DNA of 64,000 nucleotides from an uncultured bacterium (GTDB lineage Bacteria; Verrucomicrobiota; Kiritimatiellia; RFP12; UBA3636): NCBI GenBank assembly GCA_902761575.1, contig CACWKU010000002.1, positions 5,578 to 69,577 of the forward strand, read 5' to 3'. Shown piece by piece: positions 62,774 to 64,000 of this stretch (position 1 is its first letter; each line of letters starts with the position of its first letter). The notes under the pieces were generated by a model. It saw only the letters and a program-made list of their open reading frames with translations, ran no database searches and was not told where the DNA came from. The position numbers and the translations under genes were made by a program.

Positions 62774-64000
62774 CTACCGCAGAATGAGCAGCGTGCCCGC
62801 CTTGACTTCGTAGCATCCGGCCGCGGGCTTCCGGCGGCGCTTGAGCCCGTCGAGGTCCTCGGGAATCTCCTCGTACCACAGCCCGATGCCGATGGCGGCC
62901 GAGCCGGGGGATAGATGGCAGTTCCCTTTCGCCAGGTTGACGAATCCCGGATTGCCGACCTTGCTGTGAGCGCCGAGCTTGTCATCGGCGACGTCGAAGA
63001 GGCAATGGTCCACGCCTCCCGCGTAGTTCAGCTTGACGGTGACGTTGGTGCCCACCGTCGTGTTGCCGGCGACGATGCAGTTGAACATCGAGAACTTGCT
63101 CTTCGAGTCGTTGGACGTGTGGACGCCGCCGCCTTCCGAAACCTCCGTGGCCCCCTCTCCTCCGGCGGTGTTCCCCGCGATCGTCGTGTTGCGGACGACG
63201 ACATCGGAGTTCTGTCGGTTGATATTGAAGCCGATGCCGCCGCCGTAGCCGGCGTGCGGTTTGTTTTTGTCATCGACATAGACCGTGCGGTTTCCGCGGA
63301 CGAGGCAAGTATCGACCAGGAAGGTTCCATTGGGTTCGTAACCGCCGATGCCGCCGCCGCTGACGTCAGTTCCGTACTTCGATTGGGCCACGTTGTCTGC
63401 GATGATGCAGTGGTCGACCTGGCCGTGACCCTTGTAAAAGCCGATCCCGCCGCCGTATTTCGTATTGTTTCCGTACACCGAGTTGTTGGTGATGCAGCAC
63501 CAGGAAATCGTGCCGTCGCTGACCAATACGCCGCCGCCGAATTGGTAGTTGCCGCCGGTGACACGGCCGCCCGTCAGCGCGAGGTGCTCGATCGTCGCAC
63601 CGCCGGAGACCGTCGCGACGCGCGTCGCCAGAGCATTGTTGTTGATGGACACCGTGGCCGTCTGCTTGATGATCGTATTGTCCCAGCCCTGGCCCCGGAG
63701 CGTAACGCCGTTCGTGACCATGAGCTGCGAGTCGATCTCGAAGAGGCCGTTGCCGAGGACGACGGTTCCGTGGGTCGGGGCCACCGCGTCGATCTCGTCC
63801 TGGATCGTCTTCCGGGTCGCGGCGGGGTCGCCGGGAACCGGTTTGACGCCCGCCGTGGTCGTGAACTCGCCGCGCACCGTCGTGCTCGCCGGAGTCTGGG
63901 CGTTGTTGACGACCGTCAGCTCGTAGAAGTACGTCGTCTCCGTGGACAGGCCAGGTACCGAGTGGGCGAACGAGTCCGTCGCGCCGGCAACGATCCGCTC
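62774..64000 (-). CDS. Secreted Fn3 plus right-handed beta-helix protein, 5' end beyond window. Tail ..AGTLLILR
   Basis: ORF 62774..63877(-) begins at an internal GTG. The frame stays open to position 64000 and reads ..GLSTETTYFYELTVVNNAQTP.. (Fn3-like, as in the 1894 gene) before IQDEIDAVAPTHGTVVLGNGLFEIDSQLMVTNGVTLRGQGWDNTIIKQ. Ends ..PAAGCYEVKAGTLLILR. Confidence 0.75.
   Translation of the reverse strand, partial: ERIVAGATDSFAHSVPGLSTETTYFYELTVVNNAQTPASTTVRGEFTTTAGVKPVPGDPAATRKTIQDEIDAVAPTHGTVVLGNGLFEIDSQLMVTNGVTLRGQGWDNTIIKQTATVSINNNALATRVATVSGGATIEHLALTGGRVTGGNYQFGGGVLVSDGTISWCCITNNSVYGNNTKYGGGIGFYKGHGQVDHCIIADNVAQSKYGTDVSGGGIGGYEPNGTFLVDTCLVRGNRTVYVDDKNKPHAGYGGGIGFNINRQNSDVVVRNTTIAGNTAGGEGATEVSEGGGVHTSNDSKSKFSMFNCIVAGNTTVGTNVTVKLNYAGGVDHCLFDVADDKLGAHSKVGNPGFVNLAKGNCHLSPGSAAIGIGLWYEEIPEDLDGLKRRRKPAAGCYEVKAGTLLILR

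Noticed and set aside
1-64000. CRISPR arrays, rRNA/tRNA genes, integrase/transposase genes
   Set aside because: No regularly spaced short direct repeats were seen, nor any recognisable integrase, transposase or stable-RNA signatures. The island appears to lack its own mobility genes within this window.

Overview
This is a 64-kb window of very GC-rich bacterial DNA. The content is consistent with a Planctomycetes-Verrucomicrobia-Chlamydiae group organism, possibly Lentisphaerae or Kiritimatiellae; that placement is my inference. It rests on prepilin-type N-methylation proteins, Chlamydial Pmp-like beta-helix repeats ending in GCYE, and many secreted glycan-modifying enzymes. Most of the ORF track is out-of-frame noise from the high GC content (long Arg/Gly/Pro-rich ORFs on both strands). 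I read the real genes from protein motifs.

Major content:
- Nine large paralogous secreted proteins, all on the minus strand, built from a shared module set: signal peptide, SGNH/GDSL hydrolase, DUF2341, LamG, right-handed beta-helix, and chitobiase-C/Fn3. They have internal tandem domain duplications and conserved C-terminal tails (..PRxVFSID, ..LLILR, ..AFYxxxESD).
- Associated glycan enzymes: a sialate O-acetylesterase, a phosphodiester glycosidase, a frameshifted GH89 alpha-N-acetylglucosaminidase, a putative glycoside hydrolase, and a GDSL esterase.
- A pseudopilin-like three-gene cluster.
- An AraC/XylR regulator with a sugar-phosphate isomerase.
- Two tandem paralogous two-component systems (HisKA_3 kinase plus LuxR-type regulator, twice).
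- At 38.5-53.9 kb, a defense/mobile island. It starts with a RhuM gene and a repeat-rich 700-bp intergenic region. It then carries a tightly coupled four-gene operon: Z1-type SF2-like ATPase, a small protein with a PD-(D/E)xK-like motif, a DUF1156 N6-methyltransferase, and a DUF499 ATPase. I read this as an unusual, apparently uncharacterised R-M-like defense system. It is followed by a lower-GC module (DUF4417-like, ImmA/IrrE-XRE pair, truncated AlbA_2/HATPase_c_4 gene).

Several conserved non-coding elements recur: a roughly 90-150 nt leader upstream of at least four of the paralog genes, a 16-bp palindrome in two promoters, a 27-bp perfect palindrome, and a CGACTTG repeat array.
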